64,000 bases of DNA from the human T2T-CHM13v2.0 reference genome, Homo sapiens. Shown here one piece after another: positions 12,905 to 27,922 of the stretch. The translations under genes and the position numbers were made by a program. The stretch lies in assembly GCF_009914755.1 (NCBI RefSeq), contig NC_060927.1; one strand, 5' to 3'. The notes under the pieces were generated by a model. The model was not told where the DNA came from. It did not search any database and was given only the letters and a program-made list of their open reading frames with translations. Position 1 is the first letter of the stretch. Every line of letters begins with the position of its first letter.

Positions 12905-13062
12905 AAACAGAAATGGGATTAAAAATATCCATGAATATATCCTGGAAATTGTATACAATACTTCATGCACATGTGCTTTTCATTTCCCTGGAGAGAGGAT
13001 AGATAACTTACATTGGAGCCTCTAAAAGGTTTAGGGTCCAGAAAACATCAAGGAATACAATG
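12905..13062. mobile_element. hAT-Charlie type non-autonomous DNA transposon fragment
   Basis: CATTTCCCTGGAGAGAGGATAGATAACTTACATTGGAGCCTCTAAAAGG...CCAGAAAACATCAAGGAATACAATG resembles a Charlie-MER terminus. Confidence 0.45.
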
Positions 13063-14519
13063 TGAAAAATCGCCCTTATTTAGGGAATTTTGAGTATCTG
13101 TGGAATTTGAAAATCATGGAGGCAGTTACCAAAAGGCAAGAAGCTTATTTAAATCTAAGATAGCCTCTTTGGGCTATTGCATGTCTATGGAGCCTGTGCA
13201 TTTGGAATTTGGGCTGCAAGAAGCAGGCATGTGGCAAGTGATGGACGCACCAGTGATGAGGATGAATCATTTGAAGCCAAGAGGCCTGTTCAATAATGTA
13301 ACACAAAGGGATTAAAAGAAAAGAGGAAAGAAAGCACTGAGTAGTTAGTCTTTGTGCTTGCAAGTCTTTTGTTTCCTTGTAATCTCCTTAAATGTGATTG
13401 CTGTGATGGTGAAGGCTCTTATATTTAATAGACTCTTGAGTTACTTTGGAGATGAGACATATTTTCCACTTACATAAAACACACTTTGTACCAGAACACA
13501 GATGCTACAATTGATACCCCCACGTCTTAAGAGAAAATTTGAAAAAGAGTCCCCAAAGATTTCAGAACTGCCTTTACTATAAATGAAAGAATGATTGCAG
13601 TTATACTAAACTCCAGTATTAATGCAGCAGAAATAGAAGAACCAAAGATGGTGCTATTTATTATTTCCCCTCTTGGAGAGTATCAGCAAAAAATGTTTTT
13701 TTTTTTTTTAAATGCAGTTAACCCTGGCAAAGGTAACTGATGCAGGTACACAGATTTGTAGTCACTCCTCAAATTGTCAATACATTGTGCTGTTTGCTCA
13801 GCAGGTGCCCTAAATTGTGAATTTTGTTAACGAAGAGTTGTCAAGAAGTATTGGCTTCATTTAGAAAGCGATATTCTTCTCAGTAGCCTTAGTCTTACTT
13901 TAGGAAATCCACAGGGGATACGTAACTTAAGGGTTCAGATTGGGAGGCGCCTATTATTATTCCCCAAATCTTTGCAGGTGTCCCCAAAAGCATAAAAGAT
14001 TAAATTATACGTTTTTTTATTTGTCGACTGTTTCAAAGTACAAACCTATAAAAGGGGAACACTGGTACTCTTTTAAAGGTTATAGGGCATGAAACCACCT
14101 TTAACTTACACGAAATGCTTTGAATTTGTATAATTTGCTTCTCAGATCTCAAAACACTTGGTCGTATTTCACTGAATTTGACTCATCCCTTTGGGCAAGA
14201 AAGGTTGAAAAAAAGAAAATATCTTGCACTACTTGCTTTCTAAAGCCACTCCAGGATGAAAAGGAGATACTGAATGTCTTTGTGGCTGTATAATTTTTAG
14301 CAGGGGCCATTTTCTGTGCATTCTTATTAGAGGAATATGTAGGAATGGTCTGTTTATACAAAGACAGGATGGATTATATGATATGATTTTGAAAATGAGG
14401 AATATACCTCTTCTAAAACACCCATCCAGTCTAAAACAGTGTCTGAAATCTAAGATTCAAAAAAAGCCACTTTTTTTTTTATTTTAGGGAATTGTGAGCT
14501 TCTATAGAGTTGTCAAAAC

Positions 14520-14700
14520 ATGGAGGCAGTTACCAGTGTATTAGCAGCACATTACCCAGATGCTTTCTGAACCATTAAATAGGGATCACAAAAAGTTATT
14601 ACTTCACTGAGGACTTTTAAGGATTAAATAAGATGAGACTTGTAAAGAGTTTAACATAGGGCATAGGGCAGAGTAATCTCAGTAAATGTTAACAGGCAGT
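14520..14700 (+). mobile_element. MIR SINE (internally deleted)
   Basis: AGGATTAAATAAGATGAGACTTGTAAAGAGTTTAACATAGGGC...CTCAGTAAATGTTAAC. Confidence 0.7.
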
Positions 14701-14914
14701 ACTAGCAGTGGTGGTAGATGTCAAAGTCACTAGTTGCACCCAATAACATTTTTGCACCTGTTACTGCATCTATAGATTTATAAAATCTGAACGTTAGAGA
14801 CAATCACCAGGTATGCAGAGTAATTAGTTCATTTCTTCCTCACTTCCTTCCTTACTCTTTCCTTCTCATTGTCTCTTCCTTACTTCTTCTCTCCTTGTTT
14901 GCTCATGTTCTTTA

Positions 14915-15265
14915 ATTCATCCAACCAACAACATGCAGTGAGCACCTATTTACAGGCATTTTGGATAAAGTAAAGATCGAATTAAGCACAATCACTGCTC
15001 ATGTGAAATTTACACATGAGAGAATAGAGGCAAACAGCAAACCACAACATTCAGAAATAATTATTGCTGAATGTGACATGCATTATGAGGGAGTTAGCAT
15101 AGGAGGCATTAACGGGCTGAAACCTAGACATCTAACCAGAAGAGGGGTTGGCTCATGTATTTGTTCATTTCACAGATTAGTATAAAGCTTTAATCTGATT
15201 ATTTCCTGAGTTTCTTGCTAAGGGATGGGCAAACAATAGTAGTAAAGACAGACAGGTATTTTTCC
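14915..15265 (-). mobile_element. L2 3' fragments
   Basis: TTCATCCAACCAACAACATGCAGTGAGCACCTATTTACAGGCA..., second tail TTGTTCATTTCACAGA...GTAAAGACAGACAGG. Confidence 0.6.
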
Positions 15266-15457
15266 TATTTAAGTTCTCATTTTAGTTTTCAAATTTTGCT
15301 CTAAGAAACTCTAAGGTCTCATAAATGCTCTGAAGTGCCACTGGAAGCTCTAACACCTCTCTGAGGAAGAGGATATGAGCTGAGACTATAAAACCGCAAA
15401 CTCACTTGAATTGGAGTACAGCCAACCTTTACTTTGCACAGATCATGTTAACACAAA

Positions 15458-15459
<2 letters not shown>

Positions 15460-15490
<31 letters not shown>
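15460..15490. repeat. (GT)15 microsatellite
   Basis: Perfect GT run. Confidence 0.97.
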
Positions 15491-15491
<1 letters not shown>

Positions 15492-15729
15492 GGGGGGAAC
15501 CTAGTTCTTACTTTACCCAATCCCCACATGTTCTGATATGCAATAGTTTCAGTTAGTAGGGTATCATGCAATGTGTGGAATACCCATATGTCTTCTTATA
15601 TATGCTTGGCAAAAAGTATGCTGCTAGAAAAATAATAGCAGCCATTGATTAACTTCCATTCTGGGGCATAATTTTCGAGTTCAAGATTGTTACAAGAATT
15701 TATAGCTTTAAAGGACTATCCTATTTCCC

Positions 15730-16150
15730 CTATACTTCCTGGGCTAAATATCCCATTCTCTTAAATTTTTCTTATAAGAATCAGACGAATTGCCCTCACT
15801 ACCCTGGTCACTTCTTTGCACATGTTTTTTCAGTGTTTGCCAATGTTCTTCTTAATGCTTGGGACCCAAAACAAAACCATGCCCGTTTTGCCATTAGAAA
15901 TTCATCTGTATCACCCTTAAGTTGGTTTATCAGAGTGGGAGACAAATCTATGTAATTTTTTATTGTAATCTTAGTACTGCAGTGTAGTACCTAGTTTCTA
16001 ATTAGTACTCAATAGTTATTTCATTAATACATACTCCAAATGTGGTGTAACCAAACACAACATAGATATCTGCTTTTATAACTATGACACTATCACATTA
16101 ACTTTCATCTAGCCACATGACACAGTTGATTGATTTTATGTTTCTTATCA
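15730..16150 (-). mobile_element. L3/CR1 LINE fragment split by an L2 3' tail (about 15880-16028)
   Basis: GGGCTAAATATCCC...CCCTCACTACCCTGGTCAC...GGGACCCAAAAC, then resumes ACATACTCCAAATGTGGTGTAACCA...AGCCACATGACACAGTTGA. Confidence 0.7.
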
Positions 16151-16699
16151 ATTTATCAAATCAGCTTCTTCTCATTTGTGAAAGTCCTGAGGGAATTGAC
16201 ACAAGATAGGTAAAGTTTATTGGGAAGGAATTATGAGAACTAATAGGTGTGAATTGGAAAAGTCAGATCTGAGTAAGATTTTAAAGTGGGAAGGAAGCAG
16301 TTATGAACATCATGACCTCTCTCCCATAAATACTTTGTGCTTGGAGAATGAAAAGAATAAGGAAATCAGAAATACAACTTTCACATATTTCTGAAAATGC
16401 CAAGGCATGATGCAGATGTTTAATGGGTTTATATTTTAAAGGTTTTGCATTATAGTATTGATTTGAATAATTTGAAATTTCATACAAAATTTCATTACCT
16501 GTTAACTTGATGAAATTCACTGAAGAAAGAAAGAAATGTTACAGAAATGGACTACACCATAATGACTTTCATATTCATGTGAGATTGTTAATGTAGACCA
16601 ATTGGGACTTCAAATGGTGTGGTAGAAAATGCTCTTTAATGCCAAATCTGGGCAAAGCAACTTGTCACATATGGGACCAAGCTTAAAACATTCATTCTC

Positions 16700-17040
16700 A
16701 AATTATAAATTATACTCCTGAGAATTTATACTACAAAAATAATGCGAGGACATTTAAAGGCTTAGGTAAAGATAGTTTATCATAACATTCTTGCGATTGT
16801 TAGAAAAGAGTCGATATTCATTAATATGGGGCAAGTAAAACAAAATCATGGTTAAATCTATGTGATGGACAATCAATTAGACTTCCACAAAGAGGCAGAG
16901 CAGTATGTATAGTAAGATACCTTTAAACTTAAAAAATGCCCGGAAGGGTAAAATTAAAACTAATAATAATGGTTACCTAGAGGAGGAAGAGAGAAAGGAA
17001 GAAACTAGAAGAAACAGCCTTGATTATTTATTTTCAAATT
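16700..17040 (+). mobile_element. Very old L1 (L1ME-like) 3' fragment
   Basis: ATTATACTCCTGAGAATTTATACTACAAAAATAAT...AAAATCATGGTTAAATCTATGTGATGGA. Confidence 0.5.
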
Positions 17041-17060
17041 TGGAAACAAGCAAAAGTTTT

Positions 17061-17366
17061 TGTCTTGTTTTGTTTTGTTTTAAGATGGAGTCTTGCTCTG
17101 TCACCCAGGCTGGAGTGCAGTGGTGTGATCTGGGCTCACTGCAACCTCTGCCTCCCCAGGTTCAACCGATTCTCCTGCTTCACCCTCCCAAGTAGCTGGG
17201 ATTCCAGGCGCGTGCTACCGTACCGAGTTAATTTTTGTATTTTTAGTAGAGACAGAGTTTCACCTTGTTGGCCAGGCTGTCTCGAACTCCTAACCTCAAG
17301 TGATCCGCCCGCCTCAGCCTCCCAAAGTGCTGGGATTACAGGCATGAGTCACCACTGCACCCAGGC
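17061..17366 (-). mobile_element. AluS (Sz/Sx-like) with TSD
   Basis: Full dimer; TSD AAACARGCAAAAGTTTT at 17044-17060 and 17367-17383. Confidence 0.97.
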
Positions 17367-17995
17367 AAACAGGCAAAAGTTTTCTATTAATCACATAATG
17401 TGTGGGAAAAAATCCTTAAACTCCAAAGAAAAATGAAACAGAAGAATCTGTGTATAAGTTAGTAGCTTAATGGTACAAAGAATTATTTGAGGATACTTTG
17501 AATTTTAGTAATTTGTGCAGCTTTGTGAAATATATCTTCATGACAATGAGATATGCCCACAATATTAAAATTTGTATGTTTCAATATTTTTACAATATAT
17601 GTTGTTTTTGAATTATCATCCACATACTTTTGCATAAAGCAACTGAATACTTTTTATGTCATTAGAGAAGACAGCTAAAAGAAATATAAAGTCAATGAAG
17701 TTAAGCAAAAATCTTATAATTCAACATTTGAATAAAAATGATCAAAATGAACTCATGACGTTTCTTATCTTAACACAGTATTTTCTACATCTGTCCACTG
17801 AAAAAGTGTAGAAATGATGACTATCCCAATATTACTGAATAGCCCCAGCATACAGATTATGGTCTCTAAATGCCATTGCCCAGTTAAAAGGAAATCAGAC
17901 ACCTTAGACAGATGGTTGATCCCAGGTTTTGGGGGAAATAATATCCTATAAAAATGAGCCTGGAATTTCTTTCAAAAACCAAAAGCAGCAAAGCC

Positions 17996-18223
17996 GCCTG
18001 GACATGGTGGCTAACACCTGTAATCCTAACACTTTGGGAGGCCCCAGCGGGTGGGTCATCCGAGGTCAGGAGTTTGAGACTAGCCTGGCCAATATAGTAA
18101 AACTCCATCTCTATTCAAAATACAAAATTTAGCCAGGTGTGATGGCCCACCTGTAATCCCAGCTACTTAAGAGGCTGATGCAGGAGAATTGCTTGAACCC
18201 TGGAGGCAGAGGTTGCAATGAAA
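17996..18223 (+). mobile_element. AluS lacking the last ~55 nt of the right arm, with TSD
   Basis: Stops at GAGGTTGCAATG; TSD AAAAGCAGCARAGCC at 17981-17995 and 18224-18238. Confidence 0.93.
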
Positions 18224-19156
18224 AAAAGCAGCAGAGCCACTATTACTGTAATCAGATCAAAGGAAATTATAGTCATTTTTAAGAGCATAATCCCATCCCA
18301 GAAAATACAGAAAATGTGAACATTAGAAATAGTAATAAGATTGAAATGTATCAAAATGTAAAATATGTAAGTGCATAATGATACAAAAAAAGATGGATAA
18401 GGAAAAATAAGCAAGTTTTTCTTTATCTTTTCTATGCAAACAATACCTCAAGGTAGCTAAAGAGTTTCTTTATATAGAAGTATTTCAGATAATCAATGAA
18501 AAATAATGACAAAATTAGATTATTACAATTTTGTACTCACTAATACAAATATATAATTAATAATTGCTAAAATCCAAGTTTTGGAAAGCTAATGGAAAGC
18601 TTTAAAATGGATAGGTCAGGTTGTCAACACCTTTTAACCTTAGGAATACACATGTGTGCATGCGCATGCACACACACACACACACACACCCCACACACAG
18701 AAATCAGAAAAGACCTGCCTACTGATATGTACAATAGGAATCATTAAGCATAACTTACATCTGTAAATTACCCATGCCAAAATATTGAACCTCAGCCTGA
18801 TCAAACCTTAAAATGTGCTTATCAGTTTGCAAGACACACAAAGGAGAGAGCAGCATTAAAACAAACAAACAAACAAAGAAACAAAAAATCCCCACATTCA
18901 ATCAATCAACAAAATTCAGAATGTGAGAAATTCTTTAGGACAAATGACTGATTTATTTAACAAATTAATGGCAAGAAAAACAAACAAGAGTAAAAGATGA
19001 ACCAAGAGATAAAGAGACTTAAGAGATGTCAAACAAATTATATGTAGTGGATATTTTTCTTTAGTAGACATTTGAAAACTCAAAATAGTAAAACACTTCT
19101 TAAAAAGAATTAGAGAAAACTGAACATTGACTACATGATATAAAAAATCATTTTCT

Positions 19157-19450
<294 letters not shown>

Positions 19451-19945
19451 TTTCTAATGCATTAGGTGCGATTATGGTATTATAGCCAGATTATAAAATA
19501 GATCATTATTTTTAGATATGAACTGAATTGTTTATGCATGCAATTAAATCATATCTCAGATTTGACTTAAAATAGCTCAGTTTAGTGGGAAAATAATGGG
19601 TGGTGGTGTGGATGAATCAAGATTGGACATATGTTGGCAACTGTCCAAATTGAGTGGAGCGTATAAGGTGTTTTAATATAATATTCTAATTTTATATATG
19701 CCTGAAAATTTCCATAATAAAAAGTTAAAATAATATTTTTAAATGATAGAAGAGCAATTAGTTCTGGGTTATATAATTTATGGATTTTTTATTTTTATCA
19801 TTATACTTTACTGTATAATTTTCTTAGTGAGGGTATATTACTTTCATCTTAATAAAGAAAAGATATATAAATTTTAAATGAACTCAAGACTGAATCTGAG
19901 CTGATATATCCAGGAGCAAATCCCTTGACATTTGCCAAGAATAAC

Positions 19946-20404
19946 TGTGTTAGTTTTCTAGGGCTGCTGTAACAAAGTGACACAAACTAGGTGTTTCTTA
20001 TAACAACAGAAATGTATTCTTAATAGTTCTAGAAGCTGTGAGATCCAGAATCAAGGTGGCTGTAGGGCCACATTTCCTTTGAAACCTGTAGAGAAGAATC
20101 ACTCCTTGACTCTTGCTAATTTCTGGTGACTGCTGTCAATCATTGGTGTTCTTGATCTTGCAGTTACATCACTGCAATCTCTGCCTCTGTCATCATGCGG
20201 TGTTCTCCATGTGTTTCTTTTTGTGTCTCATTTCCTCTTATAAGGACACCAGTTATATTGGATTAGCTCACACTACTCCATTGTGACAGCATCTTAATTA
20301 ATCATATCTGCAAATATCTCATTTCCAAATAATTTCACATTCTACCTTACTGGGGTTAGGACTTCAGCATATCTTTTTAAGGAAACACAGATCAACCCAA
20401 AGCA
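19946..20404 (-). mobile_element. Solo MaLR LTR, MLT1C-like
   Basis: TGTGTTAGTTTTCTAGGGCTGCTGTAACAAAG...CTTATAAGGACACCAGTTATATTGGATTAG...GGGGTTAGGACTTCAGCATATC. Confidence 0.92.
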
Positions 20405-20554
20405 ATCACTAAATCCACCCATGCATCCTGAAATAACTGTGATGTACTAGGAAAGTATCAGACATACAACTGACCAGGATTTAAATTTTAAATAAGCCCT
20501 TCATTCCTTGTATGAACTCAGGTTTAATTCTTTGAATCATACTCACCTTGGCTG

Positions 20555-20589
20555 ATCATCATCATCATCATAATCATCATCATCATCAC
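20555..20589. repeat. (CAT)n trinucleotide repeat
   Basis: ATCATCATCATCATCATAATCATCATCATCATCAC. Confidence 0.93.
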
Positions 20590-21434
20590 CTTAATTGTCT
20601 TAGATCAGATTATCTATAATAAAGCCTAAGGTAGAGTTTGTGTGCTAAATCTTTGTTGAGAGGTAAAACCAGACACCATGCTGAGGAGAAACTTGCTTCA
20701 TCTGAATTCAAAAGTGGAAAAAGGAGGCAAAGTCTTTGGTGGGTAGGGTGGAGATGGATAATGGCAGATAAAATTGAAGATGTTTCCAAATCTAGCCCTT
20801 AGTATTTTAGGAGACTGTTTTAATAGATGTGGCATATGAGGGCATGTCCTGAAATTTTCACTGGGAAACAGCTGAGGTTCGGGAGCAGGTAGACTCATCA
20901 AATCTGGAGTAGCACATAAACTGGGTTCAATAAAAACTCGTTAACTTATAGATCAGTTGTGATGAATATATGAGATAATACATGAATGGATTCTACACTT
21001 CTATGCACTGCCTGGTTTAAGTCAGGCACTCTGTAAATGGTTATTGCTGTTTACTTAGACGGGCCACATCCCAACTTTCAGAGAGCTTACGAAGCAAAAA
21101 AATTTCAAATTTCTTCAAGAGTTCAGCCTAAGCTGGGAAAAGAGGGGGCACACCATGTTTAATTGAGAATATTTTATTTTAAAGCCATTATGATTTGAAC
21201 TCAGTCACTGAACTACATATAACTAAAAGACAACTGATTTCACAATTTAATAGGAGCATGAAGAGAAGTGTGCCTTAGATTAAAGTTTGTGCCTTTGAAG
21301 TATCATAAACAAGGGTTCACTCATTGATGAATGACTCATTTTTATTTATTTATTTATTTTTTGCAATGAAGCAAAACTCTTTTCATTTACCATCTCTTCT
21401 CCCGCTCCTCCCCCTCATCCTCCTTAATTCTTCT

Positions 21435-21612
21435 TATAGTTAAAAGCCTGGGCTTTGGGGAAAAGGAGATTTAAGAATTCAAATCCCAGCTTTGAAACTC
21501 AAAAGCTAAATGCAAATTGTTTAACTTCTTAAGCTTTAGCTTCCTCAATTGTAACTAACAAGTTACAAGGATTAAGTGAAATAACATATATAAAATGCTT
21601 AGCATTTGCTAT
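21435..21612 (+). mobile_element. MIR SINE
   Basis: GTTAAAAGCCTGGGCTTTGG...TTCAAATCCCAGCT...AGCTTCCTCAATTGTAA...GGATTAAGTGAAATAACATATATAAAATGCTTAGCA. Confidence 0.8.
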
Positions 21613-21669
21613 CCATTAACAGTGTCCACTGTTCATCTCCATTTTCAAAATCTTTCATGTCTTTCTCGT

Positions 21670-22233
21670 CTCCAGAAGTGACCACAGCAGCTGCATAACG
21701 GCCACCTTTCTCCCCTACCTTGTAATCTCTCTCTTCTCTCTCCTTGTATCGTAACAAGAGAGAGCCCTCTCGAAGGTAATTCTTTCCATTTCATTCCCTT
21801 CCTTAAATTCACTCAGTGACTTCTCATTAACAGAAGACCAACACCAAGTTTCTAAGTTCGGGCCTTACTTCTTTTACTTCATTCCTCATTATCTCCATAA
21901 CAGACACATGGACACTATCTGCCATAGACACTTGGATCTTTCTCCTGGACCTCGACACCTGCAATGTCCTTGACACCTGCCCTTGATACCTAGCTAATTT
22001 CTGCTTGTTATTCAGGCCTTAGTTGATGTTGCTCTTCCAAGCCTTCAAAACGCCCTGTGCCATGGCATTTATCACATCATTTTAGTATCAGTCCTCTGTC
22101 TTTCCTCTCTACTATATTCTCTATGGTATCTTTCATCTCTAGTGTTCTAGATACAGAGATATAGGAGATAACCAATAAATACTGTAGAATGAATCAGTAA
22201 ATTAATAAATGAATGAATGAATGAATAAATGAA
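21670..22233 (+). mobile_element. L2 3' region with (TGAA)n tail
   Basis: CCCTTCCTTAAATTCACTCAGTGACTTCTCATT...CAATAAATACTGTAGAATGAAT...AATGAATGAATGAATGAAT. Confidence 0.75.
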
Positions 22234-24418
22234 GGAACCCACACAAGCTCTTCTTTGCAAATATGGTCAATAGAGTATTGTCTAATTTGCAAAAGCCTTG
22301 GAGTAACATTAACTGAAACTTATAGCAAATAAACATCTTGAAAAAATAAGGTAATAAAATATCTTAACAAGAATTAGGTTTGACATAACCTAGGCTCTGG
22401 GTTCACCCTGGAAGAACACTCCAGTGGAAGTACTTAGTGCCCGAAAGTTGGCAGGACCTCCTCTAACAGGGGTGGCTGCACAGATGTTCTGGGAAGCAGA
22501 ACACTGAAGCTCCCTGCTTTAGGATAAATGGTGAAGGACTCAACCAAAAAATCCACTCCTTTCCTACTTACCTCTGAGGCCCTGGAGAAGGAGCATCCTT
22601 AGCAGTGACAAGGGTATATTGATGTTCTAATGTTTTCCTTAAAGGCATAAAACCCAGGATCTAAATATTTACCAGCCTATGGAAGAGAACCATGGAAAAT
22701 GACCACTATTAAATTTTTTACTAATCTTGGAAACTAGTCTTTCAGTATACAATTTTAATTGATTAAGAAAAATAGAAAACTATGACTTCACTTTCATGGT
22801 CATTAAGTATCACACACCATCCATAGTGTTTACACATTTAGTTTTGCATAATTATTCATATCAGAAAGTTTGAAGAAATTCTGTCCCCTGTGTTTGCTTA
22901 TGATAACTTCATACCAGCGCACAGCAAATTCCATCATGTTCCTTTAATTTGATTATCTCAGTTTATCGCCATCATATTTCTGAAATATAAGTGCTGGGAT
23001 TATTGACTTAGTTTTCTTACTTGTCCCCTGCCATTTCCTTTGTCTTTTCTAAGTTCCCTTTGTTTATAATTCTCACATAATGTTAAGGAGGAATAAAATC
23101 AAAGGATGGAAAGGAGCTAAAGTTGATTTTTAGCATAGACAATTGAACCAAAGGTAGTCTGTTATTGGGGTAAACTTCTACTTTAAAGTATCCCAATCAA
23201 CCCACTCCCTGAAATTAAAAAGTGTCTTAAGATATGGTAACTACTCTAGTAGATTTTTTTCATTGGTATGAATTTGTTCATATTAATTTTACCCTTTGGC
23301 TTAGGACAAGGGCAAGTTAAGGGAAAATACTCTTCCGTCTTTTCCTTTCCATTTGTTCATCCTGAAAGACTATTTTCAGAAAGGAAGTTTTTATTATTAT
23401 AATTCTTCAACTACAGGGTGAATGTAAAATACACTCTGTGAGCTAGTTTGAGAAGCCATATACCCCACATAACATACTTTCTAAATGATGCTGCACTGTT
23501 CTTCCCCAAACACTGAGTTCTCCTAAGTCAGAGGCTGATTGTGAAAGAGAACTCCCCTTACCTAAAATCTACTTCTGAGGCATTAATCTAGGGTTTCCAA
23601 TTTATGTCAGCTAATTTTATGTATTAGAACCATCATCCAGGTATTCTCCAGCCTTTCCTTGAAGTGTCATTTCTGAATAATAATCTTAGAATCCACTTTC
23701 TTAAGCATGTTTCTCCTCTCCTTGAATATCTCATAGCAATGGCACCTGAGTTCAGTATGTTGCATTTATTTTAATGTTTGTATTTGAAAAACTGTGAATG
23801 CACAATTCCTCTTTGAGGATACCACATTTCTTCTATGTAAATCACACCTTAGAAAATATTAAAGATTTTAGGTTTTTAACCCATTCTAAGTGTTCCTATC
23901 ATTTAAGAATATTTCCACCTCACACCTTAACCCAGACTTAATTGTACAGTGTACAATTACACTGTAAGTGGCTAATTAAGAAAATGCTCAATGTACTGTA
24001 GTTGAGAGAACTTCCTATTCAGGGAATTCGTTCTACTCTTTGTTAGGAGTTGCAAATAAAACAATTCAATAACCTGAATCCGCTCCAAACAAAATACTAA
24101 CCAGGTATCTTCACAGAGGCATAATTCCAGCTAGAATAAATGTGCATGAGGATTATTTCTCCTTCCTCCTACTGCCTCATCCTATTATTATCCAGTTCCA
24201 CATGGCAGAGTTAAGAAGCACAGCATCTGCATTTCTCAGATTGCCAGTCTTCTTATCCTGTACTGGTAGGATGACATCTATTTTTGCCAGCGGTGTTGCT
24301 GCAACCATTACAGCGGGTCTTCCTTTCTTTATAAAATGAATCAAATTACAGGTGCGCAGCATGGTTGAGTTCAGCTGTATATCTCCAAGTTGCACGAAAA
24401 CTAAAGCTGTCTTTAACT

Positions 24419-26756
<2,338 letters not shown>

Positions 26757-27149
26757 TTTAATTTTTAAACTCCTTTGTCAGCTTACAATAGCAGCCATAA
26801 AGAAACTCAGACAATGTGTTCCACTTACCACTCTGCTTCCCTTCTAAATATCAAGCAGTTGGTTGTAAACTGAGCTGTTAGGGCACTTCTGTTGCAAAGC
26901 ACACTTAAAAATAAAAGGAAAAATTTGGAGAAAAATTGTTTTAATATAAGAAAATTTTCAGGCACCTACAAAGTCAGGGTTGTGGTTAGTGAAGTTGAGG
27001 TAATTTACTGAAACTTGTACAATGAGTAGACTGGAGGATTGGAGGAATCTATGGATTTATTTTAAGATATAGAGAGCATTTTTTTGTTTTGCAGTTATTA
27101 GATTCATTCTGATAAAATAATTTTACCGGAAAACACCAACAACTTAGTT

Positions 27150-27922
27150 GCATGAAATTTTGTAATACATGGGGCTATATGATCCAAACTTGGCTATCTA
27201 AATTATTTTTCCCAGGATTTTGAGCCTTGAATGTAGTCATGTAGGATCGAAAAAATGGTTGGAGCTGATTTACTGCTGCAGTGAAGAGACTTCCTGATTT
27301 GGATTGAATTGTGCCCCACTCAAAAATATGTTAAAATCCTAACCATTTATACCTGTGAATGTGACCTGATTTGGAAATAAGTAATTGCAATCAAGTTAAA
27401 ATGAGGTTATACTGAATTAGGATGAGCCCTAATCCAGTGTCACTCGTGTCCTTTTAATACGAAGAGTAGAGGCACAGACCCAGACACAGACAGAAGTCCG
27501 TCATGCGAGGTTGGAGGCAGAGATTGCATTTATGCTGCCACAAACCAACAGATGCCTGGTGCTACTAGAATCTAGAAGAGGGAGGAAAAGATCTTCTCCT
27601 AGAGGTTTTGGAGAAGTTCTGCCAACACCTTGATTTGGGACTCCTAGGCTTTATAACTATGAGAAAATAAACATTTGTGGTTTTAAGCCACTCAGAGTGT
27701 GGTAATATGTTATGTTAGCTCAAGAAAATTTATACACCTTCCTTTTGCTTCTTCTGCTTTCATCTACTGAGATGCTCTATTTCTAGTTCCTTTCCAATGC
27801 TAATTATTTTGTTTTTCCTTTTTTTTGTTTGAGTCACACTATAATACTTCCAATAAATTCCCTTTAAAATTAAGTTGACCCAAATAGATTGCTGTTGCTT
27901 GCGTCATTTTGTCCTAGCTGAT
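27150..27922 (+). mobile_element. Old ERVL-type LTR (LTR33/late MLT1-like) split by an MLT1C
   Basis: 3' part CCAATAAATTCCCTTTAAAATTAAGTTGACCCAAATAGATTGCTGTTGCTTGC...CCTAGCTGATA; 5' part TCCCAGGATTTTGAGCCTTGA. Confidence 0.55.
27295..27736 (+). mobile_element. Solo MaLR LTR, MLT1C-like
   Basis: TGATTTGGATTGAATTGTGCCCC...GAATGTGACCTGATTTGGAAATA...GGAGGCAGAGATTG...GTTTTAAGCCAC...TATACA; CTTCC on both flanks. Confidence 0.92.

Noticed and set aside
16905-17436. 96-aa and 138-aa ORFs, and similar ones at 2312, 35066, 35110, 36095, 41890 and 44123
   Set aside because: Classic Alu read-through peptides ([22 protein letters not shown]); not genes
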